Shown here: piece by piece, positions 1 through 8,790 of the stretch
Numbering within the stretch: the stretch's first letter is position 1
Layout: every line of letters begins with the position of its first letter
DNA from: a virus
IMG/VR virus record: IMGVR_UViG_3300025592_000048
Strand: one strand, 5' to 3'
Length of the DNA stretch: 28,431 bases
Notes under the pieces: model-generated
Told to the model about the DNA's origin: nothing
Seen by the model: only the letters and a program-made list of their open reading frames with translations
The model's database searches: none
Made by a program: the position numbers and the translations under genes

Positions 1-23
1 ATAGAACAATTGGTGATAGATAA
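1..23 (+). CDS. 3' end of an upstream gene (partial, ...RTIGDR*)
   Basis: Frame from position 3 is open to TAA at 21-23, which overlaps the ATG at 23 (TAATG coupling as elsewhere in the window). Too short to assign. Confidence 0.4.
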
Positions 24-1753
24 TGGGATTAGTAGATTTAAAATCAAATTTAGGAAAACTACGAGTTATACCAGCAGGCCCAACACCTGAAGACTCAATA
101 GACCCAGACCCAGTAATAATTAATCCGCTAAGGTCAAATATACATCGACCATATGTGAATACCATAGTAGATTCTGAAAAGACACCATCACCGATTGAAA
201 TATTACATAATAACGAATCATCATTAACTAATAAATTCCCATTAGCAGAATATTACGCACAAGCAAAAGGTTCAGGTAGATTAGGTTATTTTTATAATAC
301 AAGTTATCGTAATAATAATACACCAGGTTTTGACCAACCTTTTGTCGTTAGAGATATAGGTGATAGATGGGGCACATTCGATTCATTTAGTTTAGGAAAT
401 ACTAAATTTGGTAATAATATAGAAAGTATTATTAAATTAGGTGGTTCTTTTATAGATGATATAGGTGGTGCTGTTTTAGGTAGAGACCCAAGTGATTATA
501 TTGGAAACACACTTGGAGCATATGAGAGAACAGCTAAGTTTTTAATCACACCCCAAGGTATTGGATTTTTAGCTAAACAAACTTTACTAAAAAGACGTAA
601 TAAAAATTCTGAAATAGCTGAAGTTAGATATGGCATCACAAAAGATATTTCAAAAATATTTCAAAATAATAAAAAATATAATCCATTATCATTAGCCAGT
701 TTACCTGGTGTCACTAAAATCAATATCAATGGTATTGACCCAACGTTACCTTTTGATGAATATACAGACACAATTGCTGATATGATTTCTCAACAAGTTT
801 ATGATTTAGCAACAAGAGTACAAGGTACACTTGTAAGAACACTCACAGGCGTCGCCTCTAATATAGGTGGTCGTATTAAAAGTAAATTTGGTGGTACTAA
901 GTTAGGTGAAGGTATAGCAAGAACCACAAAAAAATTAAAAGAAAACACAGTAGCAATAAAAAAGAAAGTTGACGCTTTTAATGAAGTTATGACTCAACAA
1001 GATGGTGAGTTATCTAAACTTACTGGTATAAAAATAGACCCAATAGCTTTTAGTGATGTTGGTAAAGACAGAGTTAATTTAATACCATACGGTTCTGATG
1101 AACATAAAGATAAAAGTTATAAAGAGTTAGACTTTGTACCATTTAAATTTTATAATGTAAATACTGATAAAAGTATTGTATTTAGAGCAATACTAAGTGG
1201 TATAACAGATACATTTACACCAGAGTACTCATCAGAACGATACATTGGTAGACCTGATAATGTTTATGTTTATACAGGTACTACTCGTGAAATAAGTTTT
1301 ACTTTTGATATTTATCCAAAATCAGACGAAGAACTACTTACATTATGGGAAAAAATGAACTATCTTGCAGGATTAACATATCCAAGTTGGGAAGGTGCAG
1401 CTGGAGGTGGTGCTGGTATGGTAGCTCCTTTTTGTAAGTTAACACTTGGTCAGATGTATGATAACACATCCGGTTACATATCAGGTTTAACATATACTGT
1501 GATGGATAGTAGTACTTGGGAAACAACGTTTGCAAAACTACCAAAATACATTCAAGCAAGTTGTACGTTTGTTTATATCGGTGATAGATTACCAAGCTCA
1601 ACACAAAAACATTATGAACTACCTTGGGTACAAGATGAAGAATATAAGACTGCATTAATTGGTGGTAATGGTGTTGAAGGTCTTTTAGGTGTTGACCCTA
1701 ATAAATTAGTAGATGAAACACTTGATAACATCTTAGGTAAAGTTGGACTATAA
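23..1753 (+). CDS. Phage baseplate/tail-tube-initiator-like protein (C-terminal tube-fold domain)
   Basis: C-terminal FRAILSGITDTFTPEYSSERYIGRPDNVYVYTGTTREISFTFDIYP...APFCKLTLGQMY...GYISGLTYT resembles gp48/gp54/CIS-tube-type domains; directly upstream of a LysM wedge gene. Confidence 0.55.
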   Translation: MGLVDLKSNLGKLRVIPAGPTPEDSIDPDPVIINPLRSNIHRPYVNTIVDSEKTPSPIEILHNNESSLTNKFPLAEYYAQAKGSGRLGYFYNTSYRNNNTPGFDQPFVVRDIGDRWGTFDSFSLGNTKFGNNIESIIKLGGSFIDDIGGAVLGRDPSDYIGNTLGAYERTAKFLITPQGIGFLAKQTLLKRRNKNSEIAEVRYGITKDISKIFQNNKKYNPLSLASLPGVTKININGIDPTLPFDEYTDTIADMISQQVYDLATRVQGTLVRTLTGVASNIGGRIKSKFGGTKLGEGIARTTKKLKENTVAIKKKVDAFNEVMTQQDGELSKLTGIKIDPIAFSDVGKDRVNLIPYGSDEHKDKSYKELDFVPFKFYNVNTDKSIVFRAILSGITDTFTPEYSSERYIGRPDNVYVYTGTTREISFTFDIYPKSDEELLTLWEKMNYLAGLTYPSWEGAAGGGAGMVAPFCKLTLGQMYDNTSGYISGLTYTVMDSSTWETTFAKLPKYIQASCTFVYIGDRLPSSTQKHYELPWVQDEEYKTALIGGNGVEGLLGVDPNKLVDETLDNILGKVGL

Positions 1754-2052
1754 TGAAAAGATACGCCACAACAAGACAAAAATTAGATAAGTCAGGTATA
1801 AGAGTATACAGTACAACATATTACCCTGAAATACCACTTGAGAATGAAGATAGATTTATCAATGTAATAATCGGTGATAGATTAGATAGTTTAGCACATA
1901 AATACTATGGTGACAATACTTTATGGTGGATTATCGCAAAAGCAAATGGTCTAAAAGGTAAACCAGGTTTGAATGCTGGTGAAGTTATAAGAATCCCTTC
2001 AAACATAACAAACATAATAGAGAAGTTTAATAATTTAAACAATGGTGATTAG
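1753..2052 (+). CDS. LysM-domain baseplate wedge protein (gp53/P2 gpX-like)
   Basis: GDRLDSLAHKYYGDNTLWWIIAKANGL...GEVIRIP is a typical LysM/tail-X signature. Confidence 0.8.
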   Translation: MKRYATTRQKLDKSGIRVYSTTYYPEIPLENEDRFINVIIGDRLDSLAHKYYGDNTLWWIIAKANGLKGKPGLNAGEVIRIPSNITNIIEKFNNLNNGD

Positions 2053-2054
2053 TT

Positions 2055-4934
2055 ATGATTGATTTAACACCAATCGATAAAAGAATACAAAAAAAATTAT
2101 TTCAGAAGATGCATCTTTTGAATAGAGGTACACCCGGTGAAACTGTTGGTGGGTTAACACATAATCAACTTTCAGTACGTTCACCATTTGTACGAATGAC
2201 TTCTGATTCAAAAAATCCAGTTATATTAATGGGTGGTGAATTAACGTACGGTACAACTGATTCTGATGGGTTTGGTGTAGCTGGTTCACAACGATTAGCT
2301 GCAGGTTACGATGAAATATACGGACCTCGTGTAGTACAAAAACCTGATGATTATGATTTTTTTGACGATAACACTAATACTGAAAATAAATTCAAAAGAC
2401 CAATGCCAGGTGTCAAATCAATTGACGTACAGTTTAAAGGTGGTGTAAGAGCATTAAGAGAAGCAACAATCTCTTGGACTTGTTGGAGTTTTGAAGATAT
2501 CACAAGATTAACACCTTATTTTTTAGCACACGGTAAAAACGTTATGTTGGAGTGGGGTTGGGTATATGGTAATGATGGTTTAAGTAAATTACCAACATTA
2601 ATGAATAAAGATGGTATTAAAAAAGATGTATTTGAAAATTATGAAGAACTTGTATTTGAGGCTGAGGGTAATTTTGATTTTATGTATGGTATAGTTAAAA
2701 ACTTTGAATACACCACACGTGAAGATGGTGCATTTGATTGTCAAACCATCATAATAAGTGTAGGTACATCTATATTAGGTGATATACCATCAAATAAACA
2801 AACTGAAAACACAACAATAAAAGTAGACAGACAAAAATTAAGAGAAATCACATCAGATAAAGCAACAGATGAAGATTTAATTAGTTTTGATGTCGGTGTT
2901 ACACTAAAATATTTTATACAAAACTTATTAGAGTATATAAGTCAAAATAGATACAAAAAACAAGGAAAAAAAACAGTTCTAACATCAAATGTAATACCAA
3001 AAAGATTCGGTAAAATAGTTTATACAGGAGGTAAAGTGCCAAGAATAGACAAATCTAAAAGTACAGGTGGTACATTTTACACAAGACCAAACGCTTATAT
3101 TTATCAGTCAAGTGAAACTTTAGGTAATAAAGCGTGGGTTCGTTGGGGTTGGTTTGAAGACAATATTCTATCTAAATTTTTAACAATTGTACCTGAAAAT
3201 AAAGATAAACCTAGTATATCAGAATTTCAATCTAAAGAAGAAAAACGTGATGATGAAGGTAAAAAAACAGGTAAACTTGAAAGTACAAGAATACGAAATC
3301 ATAAAAACTTAGAGACAGTAAATATCAATCATTATATTTTACCTGGTAAACTTAAAATGTTTGCACCTGAAAAAAAGACTACAGATTTAGAAGAAGAAAT
3401 AGATAATAAAGAAATAGGTGATTCTGAAAGACATATAATACTTGAATCAATAACAAATGAATATTTTGATAAATTTGATACTGATGATGGAAAACATGGT
3501 TACTTTAGAAATATATTGATACCAGTTGATATATTAAAAAAATGTTTTGATGTAGATACAGAGTTCACAACGTCACCAATTAATTTAAGAGAAGCAATTG
3601 AGGATATGTTTACATATTTAAATCAAGAAATACCATTTTGGGACTTAGAACTTACACAAGATGAAAGTAAAACTAACAGAGTTAAAATAGTAGATAGACA
3701 AGTTACTGCTGTAACATTTGAAAAAAATAAAAAAATTAATAATACTTCACAAAAAGATATAGGTACACGAAGTACATTTGTTAATAATGAAGTAAAAAAC
3801 AATGGTGTGTTCTTTTTTCCAGTATGGAATAGTAATAGTATGGTTAAACGACAAAATGTTACTACAAAAATACCAGATGCGGTAAAACTTTCAATAATGT
3901 ATGGTGCTAGTTATGACGCTGCTAATTTTAATGGTGAAGTACCAGCTGAAGCAACTGATATGGCAGCTGTAGCTATATCACATTTGTTTAGTGACCAAGG
4001 TTCAATTTCAGAAAATTTTAAAAATTTAGGTATTAGTTTAGGTCAAGAAGGTTATGAAAAAATTGGTTCTAATCCAGTTGATGATAACAAAAATCAAATA
4101 ACACCTAATGGTGGCACTGATGACATTATTACATTTATAAATAAAAATAGTGAAAAGCTAAAAGAAAGCTATAGTGATAAATTAAAATCAATTGATGAAC
4201 AAATCTATGCTAATAGAGATAAAGAAATATTTGATGCTATAGAAAAAGAAAGTAACTTAGATAACTCAACACCATATCCAACTCCTGATTATTTATACAA
4301 AGAGAATTACGATGAGTTTTTAAAATTATATGGAAATAAAAATTATACTGAGTTGTATAATTCTAAATTTTATAAAGATGGTGTTATGAAAGAAAAGTTT
4401 ATCGATTTTATTAGCACACAAGTATCATTAACAACAAGTAATAACTCAGCAGATACTGATAAACCAATAATAATACCTTTTGATTTAGAGTTAGAAATAG
4501 ACGGTATAGGTGGTATACTACCAAGTAATTCATTTCACTCAACTTATTTACCAACAAGATACCAAGAAGAGGTGATGTTTCAAGTTTTTGATGTTAATCA
4601 CAAAGTTGCAACTGATGGGTGGTCAGTAAATTTAACTGGTGTTATGAGAACTACTTTTGCAAAAGCTGAGAGAGCTTTGAACAAGGCTACAGATTTAAAA
4701 TTAGATATAAAGAAATTAGTAGAAAATAAATTAAACTCAACAAAAAGTATATTACCAACGGTAGGTGAACAAGCTGAAAGTAGAATAGGTAAAAGTGAAG
4801 TTAAAGGTAGTGTGTATGGTGACAGAGCATCAAATAAAGTTTTTGATGGTCAAGCCCCTTCCTTCAACCCCACTTTTAGAATTACTGAAACAACTTCAGT
4901 AGACAATGTAAGGACTGAAGATGATATTAACTAA
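2055..4934 (+). CDS. Large baseplate hub-like structural protein
   Basis: 959 aa, follows tube-like and LysM genes; N-terminal PGVKSIDVQFKGGVRALREATISWTCWS and C-terminal LELEIDGIGGILP...FQVFDVNHKV...WSVNLTG fit gp27/gpD-type hub folds. Assignment relies partly on context. Confidence 0.5.
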   Translation: MIDLTPIDKRIQKKLFQKMHLLNRGTPGETVGGLTHNQLSVRSPFVRMTSDSKNPVILMGGELTYGTTDSDGFGVAGSQRLAAGYDEIYGPRVVQKPDDYDFFDDNTNTENKFKRPMPGVKSIDVQFKGGVRALREATISWTCWSFEDITRLTPYFLAHGKNVMLEWGWVYGNDGLSKLPTLMNKDGIKKDVFENYEELVFEAEGNFDFMYGIVKNFEYTTREDGAFDCQTIIISVGTSILGDIPSNKQTENTTIKVDRQKLREITSDKATDEDLISFDVGVTLKYFIQNLLEYISQNRYKKQGKKTVLTSNVIPKRFGKIVYTGGKVPRIDKSKSTGGTFYTRPNAYIYQSSETLGNKAWVRWGWFEDNILSKFLTIVPENKDKPSISEFQSKEEKRDDEGKKTGKLESTRIRNHKNLETVNINHYILPGKLKMFAPEKKTTDLEEEIDNKEIGDSERHIILESITNEYFDKFDTDDGKHGYFRNILIPVDILKKCFDVDTEFTTSPINLREAIEDMFTYLNQEIPFWDLELTQDESKTNRVKIVDRQVTAVTFEKNKKINNTSQKDIGTRSTFVNNEVKNNGVFFFPVWNSNSMVKRQNVTTKIPDAVKLSIMYGASYDAANFNGEVPAEATDMAAVAISHLFSDQGSISENFKNLGISLGQEGYEKIGSNPVDDNKNQITPNGGTDDIITFINKNSEKLKESYSDKLKSIDEQIYANRDKEIFDAIEKESNLDNSTPYPTPDYLYKENYDEFLKLYGNKNYTELYNSKFYKDGVMKEKFIDFISTQVSLTTSNNSADTDKPIIIPFDLELEIDGIGGILPSNSFHSTYLPTRYQEEVMFQVFDVNHKVATDGWSVNLTGVMRTTFAKAERALNKATDLKLDIKKLVENKLNSTKSILPTVGEQAESRIGKSEVKGSVYGDRASNKVFDGQAPSFNPTFRITETTSVDNVRTEDDIN

Positions 4935-5535
4935 ACAACAAATACAAGATATAAAAACAAGTGTTGAAAGAACAATTCAAGGTTCACGTACAAAACCTCA
5001 AGAGTTTACTTATGAACAAACTGGAGGTTATGTAAAACCAAATACATTATATTCAATATATTATGGTTTAAATAAAAAAGAAACTTATTTAACGGGTATA
5101 ATTGATACATCAAATTCTAAGATAATAAAAAGAGTTAAGAATAACACATTATATTCAAATTATTCAGACATAAAAACTTTAAATAGACAAATATATCCAA
5201 AAACAGCACCTGCAAATCCTTCTGAAAGTGACTATAGAATAGGCACAATAACACGTTACTTTACTAAAAAAACAAATGAAGTGAATGCTAAAGTATTTGA
5301 AATAACTGAAGATGATTTCAATAATCAAAATAATCTATATGATTATACACCTTTAGACTGGAGAATATCAGGTAAAAAATTAGAAGTAAGTAGAGATAAT
5401 TCAGCAACACTACGAAGTATACAATCAGAGTTTCCAAATATAACAAAAACAGTATTTCCATTACAACTTTGGGTACCACCTAAAAATTCACCAGATGATG
5501 TGCAAAATAAATTAAACCGTTTGAAAAAAACTTAA
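4921..5535 (+). CDS. Hypothetical protein (end of structural module)
   Basis: 204 aa ORF overlapping the upstream stop; no recognisable motif. Confidence 0.7.
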   Translation: MILTKQQIQDIKTSVERTIQGSRTKPQEFTYEQTGGYVKPNTLYSIYYGLNKKETYLTGIIDTSNSKIIKRVKNNTLYSNYSDIKTLNRQIYPKTAPANPSESDYRIGTITRYFTKKTNEVNAKVFEITEDDFNNQNNLYDYTPLDWRISGKKLEVSRDNSATLRSIQSEFPNITKTVFPLQLWVPPKNSPDDVQNKLNRLKKT

Positions 5536-5563
5536 TACTTATTACTAAATAAAAGGTTATATT

Positions 5564-5653
5564 ATGAAAATAGATGTATTAGATAAAAGATACATCGAGG
5601 TTGTAGATAAGCCTGAAACAACTAAATTATGGGCTAAAACACATTGGAAATAA
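5564..5653 (+). pseudogene. thyX: Probable internally deleted thymidylate synthase ThyX remnant (MKIDVLDKRYIEVVDKPETTKLWAKTHWK*)
   Basis: 29-codon ORF with AAAAGGTTATATT upstream. The first 16 aa match my recollection of phage ThyX N-termini (MKIxVLDKGYIEVVD) and PETTKLW matches their C-terminal helix; the catalytic core is absent. Confidence 0.6.
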
Positions 5654-6921
5654 TAGAGAAAAAATCACAACTTAAAAGATTTATAAAACGCTATAAATCA
5701 GAAGATTGTATCATAGTGCCAGTATCATGCGATGATAATAAACATCCGATGAACGACTCATTATCGTTGTTATACGTTAAACTGTTAAGTGGTAAGGAGT
5801 TTATACTACCATTTAATCATAGTGAAACATTGCATTTAGACATTCCAAATCTTGATTCAGATACAAAAAAATATACATATGATAGAAAAAAATTAAATCA
5901 TTATATTGAACTAACTAACGTAATTGATGTAAATCTAATGCAGTATATGAATGAAGGTACTCCAATAACAATAGAAGAAACTGATACAAACTCTCATAAC
6001 TTTCTAAATATGAGGTATTACAAAAAAGATAGTATAAATACAATCATTCCAGTATTGAAACATTTAGAAAAATCTCGTAAGATTGCTAAGATACTTCAAG
6101 ATGTGATAGCAAAACATAGTTCATCCGTCAATATGTCATACAATGATGAAGTTTTAGACAACCTAAGTTACATAGAAAATAACGGTATACATACAATTGA
6201 AAATACAGTATTTAGTGAATATAATATATACACATCTACAGGTAGACCGAGTAATAGATTTGGTGGTATTAACTTTGCAGCTCTCAATAAAAAAGATGGT
6301 AGTAGAAAACCATACGTAAGTCGTTTTAAAAACGGTGTATTAGTAGAGATGGACTTTGATGCGTATCACTTGAGATTGATTGCAGATAAGATAGATTATG
6401 AGTTTCCGAGTGGTTCAGTACACGAACATATGGCAGAGTTTTATGGTGTTGATTATGAAGAAGCAAAAATATTATCATTTAAATATTTATATGGTTTTAT
6501 TCCTCACGATGTAGTACAAATGAATCCATATTTCAGTAGAGTTTATGATTATATTGAAGAGCTATGGAGGGAGTATAATTCAAAAGAATTTATCGTTTCA
6601 GATATTTATAATAGACGATTACATAAGAAAAATTTAGGTGATATGAATGCTAATAAATTATTCAATTACACGATTCAACTTATGGAAACTGAAAATAATA
6701 TGAGGGCGTTAACAAGGTTAATACCTGAAATAAAGGATTACAAGAGTAAATTAATACTTTACTCGTATGATAGTTTTTTACTTGATTATAATATAGAAGA
6801 TGGTTTAGATTATCTAAAGAAAGTCAAAAGGATATTAGAACAAGATGATAAATATCCAGTTAAAGTAAGTTGGGGATTAAATTATCACGAAATGAAAGAT
6901 ATTACAGAGAAGTTTATATGA
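5644..6921 (+). CDS. Compact, divergent family A DNA polymerase-like protein
   Basis: TGRPSN (TGRLSS equivalent), motif A MDFDAYHLR, SVH (DIH), motif B AKILSFKYLYG, IQLMETE, motif C SYDSF; degenerate N-terminal exonuclease-like region. TTG start is uncertain. Confidence 0.85.
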   Translation: MEIIEKKSQLKRFIKRYKSEDCIIVPVSCDDNKHPMNDSLSLLYVKLLSGKEFILPFNHSETLHLDIPNLDSDTKKYTYDRKKLNHYIELTNVIDVNLMQYMNEGTPITIEETDTNSHNFLNMRYYKKDSINTIIPVLKHLEKSRKIAKILQDVIAKHSSSVNMSYNDEVLDNLSYIENNGIHTIENTVFSEYNIYTSTGRPSNRFGGINFAALNKKDGSRKPYVSRFKNGVLVEMDFDAYHLRLIADKIDYEFPSGSVHEHMAEFYGVDYEEAKILSFKYLYGFIPHDVVQMNPYFSRVYDYIEELWREYNSKEFIVSDIYNRRLHKKNLGDMNANKLFNYTIQLMETENNMRALTRLIPEIKDYKSKLILYSYDSFLLDYNIEDGLDYLKKVKRILEQDDKYPVKVSWGLNYHEMKDITEKFI

Positions 6922-8276
6922 TTAAAAATCTAAATGAAATATTAAAAGAATGGGCATATCGTGTAGATAATGGACAACCTAATCCAAAGAAATCTGCACA
7001 CCTATATCACCTTTCTGAAATACTGATTGAGTATAAATGGCCATTTGAAGTTATATATGAACTTTTAGATAATATAGAAAATGGTAAAGATATTTTAAAA
7101 GAAGTAAAAACTAATCGTACAGAAGATTTACACGAGATATTTTTTGCTATAGCGTTTGCTGGTGGTGATATTAGTAAGGCAACTGATTTAAGTGGTTTGA
7201 AACAAGTTATCAATAGGTTAAAATTAAAGTTAGATAATAAATCTAAACACATAGAAACATTAACAAAGTTTGATAAAGTGGAATCATTTCCTACGAAAAA
7301 AGATATACAATTATATAACGATGCAACCATTCTTGCTAAAAGAACACATACATATTTAAAAAGAAATAATCTAAAACCATCGAGTGTATCAAGAGTTTTT
7401 GGAACTGGACCGGGTGGAACTAAGATGATTGCAGATGTAGTTATTAAACTTTCAGGTGGTGAAATAGTATCAGTTTCATTAAAATATAAAAAAGGACAAT
7501 TTAGTAGTTTATCAATTCCAATATTAGTACAAAAACTGTTTGGATTAAAATTAGATAAGGGTTTATTGAAGGATATGTACAAACAAGGTTACAAAAGTGA
7601 GATAGATACGGCATTTCAATATTACCAGCTTGCAACGATTGCAAATTATAAAGATGTAGAGGTTGGGGTTGGTAAGTATACTGAGGGTGATAAGAAAGCG
7701 TTAGACGATAGTTCATTTACAGTTAAATCTACTTGGATGGATTATCTAAATACGTCAGTAATATCAACAAAAGGAAGAAGTGCACTTAGTCATCTATATC
7801 ATCACCCTGAGAATAAATCAGCTAAAGCAGTTCACTCAAAAATGAAAGGTCAACTTTTAAATAATGCAATAGATAATTTTTTTGAGAGTAAAAATACGGG
7901 ATTAGTTAAGAACTTAGAAGACGCTATAATTTATATAATACGAGCCGAACCCAAAACAAATTATTTGTATATAGCTGATGGTGGGAAAAAGTTTGCATTA
8001 ATACCATCACAAGAAAGTATACGGGGTAAAAAATATACCTTTAAATATGACGCAAAAACTAACGATGATGGTGTTATGGCAACAGCAGATTATATATACG
8101 ATGTTGAAGTTAGTGTTAATGGTATAAAAGCATTTACTTTTGACATTACGTGGAGATTTGCTGGAAACGCTGGACAATGGGATGGTGATTTACACCATAA
8201 AGGTGGTAAAATTACCTTTCACGGTGGATTTTCTAAAGCGTTTGGGTTACCAGATATTCCAAAGGATATGAAATAA
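6918..8276 (+). CDS. PD-(D/E)XK/restriction-endonuclease-like protein with a distinct N-terminal module
   Basis: ATG at 6918 overlaps the polA stop (ATGA), so it is preferred to the TTG at 6870. EDLHE...IADVVIKLSGGEIVSVSLK fits an E...AD-x10-SxSLK nuclease core. Confidence 0.5.
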   Translation: MIKNLNEILKEWAYRVDNGQPNPKKSAHLYHLSEILIEYKWPFEVIYELLDNIENGKDILKEVKTNRTEDLHEIFFAIAFAGGDISKATDLSGLKQVINRLKLKLDNKSKHIETLTKFDKVESFPTKKDIQLYNDATILAKRTHTYLKRNNLKPSSVSRVFGTGPGGTKMIADVVIKLSGGEIVSVSLKYKKGQFSSLSIPILVQKLFGLKLDKGLLKDMYKQGYKSEIDTAFQYYQLATIANYKDVEVGVGKYTEGDKKALDDSSFTVKSTWMDYLNTSVISTKGRSALSHLYHHPENKSAKAVHSKMKGQLLNNAIDNFFESKNTGLVKNLEDAIIYIIRAEPKTNYLYIADGGKKFALIPSQESIRGKKYTFKYDAKTNDDGVMATADYIYDVEVSVNGIKAFTFDITWRFAGNAGQWDGDLHHKGGKITFHGGFSKAFGLPDIPKDMK

Positions 8277-8277
8277 T

Positions 8278-8694
8278 ATGAAAACACAACTACTATGTAC
8301 ATTCACTAAACGAAATCATTTCAATGAGACTATAGATATTATTATAGCTTGTAATGATATCGTATTCAATAAAATTTATGTATTCTCAAATGAGAATGAC
8401 CCTCATCAATTAATCTGCACGTATAACGTAGAATTTGATGAAGATTTTGTACAAGGTATTCAAGACACAATCTCACTTCACAGAAAAAAGAATACAAACA
8501 CACTTTATACTATAAATGCACTGAATGATTTAATTCGTGAACTAAACGATGGTAAGTTAGATAAAAGATTTCCTATAGATTGGGAAAATTATAAGAATTG
8601 TCTATTGCTTACAAATGAGAATGGTCTCAATAAAATACCAACAAGAATTTATACCATAGTAGACGTAACAACTTGGGATAAAACAGAAAAATAA
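8278..8694 (+). CDS. Hypothetical phage protein upstream of ssb
   Basis: 138 aa, with motif HRKKNTNTLYTINALN; function unknown. Confidence 0.75.
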   Translation: MKTQLLCTFTKRNHFNETIDIIIACNDIVFNKIYVFSNENDPHQLICTYNVEFDEDFVQGIQDTISLHRKKNTNTLYTINALNDLIRELNDGKLDKRFPIDWENYKNCLLLTNENGLNKIPTRIYTIVDVTTWDKTEK

Positions 8695-8790
8695 ATTGTA
8701 TTTTCAGAAATCTGATTATACTTATTTATGTATCAAGGTTATACTTGATTGAAAAATACTAATTAAACAAATAAATAATGGAGAATAAAA

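Noticed and set aside
23-4934. Bacterial extracellular contractile injection system or T6SS
   Set aside because: The tube/LysM/hub genes are contiguous with a phage replisome, so an ordinary phage baseplate explains them.
6870-6917. Longer TTG/GTG starts given by the ORF track (6870, 18518, 20743)
   Set aside because: Downstream ATGs (6918, 18521, 20752) overlap the preceding stop codons in the coupling pattern used across the window.
7007-7582. 191-aa minus-strand ORF, plus the other minus-strand ORFs (1338, 7501, 9908, 10653, 12770, 14142, 16130, 17627, 17899, 18644, 19550, 20266, 25998, 26836) and the + strand alternate-frame ORF at 14487
   Set aside because: All lie on top of well-supported + strand genes, have no recognisable motifs or RBS, and look like antisense or shadow frames.
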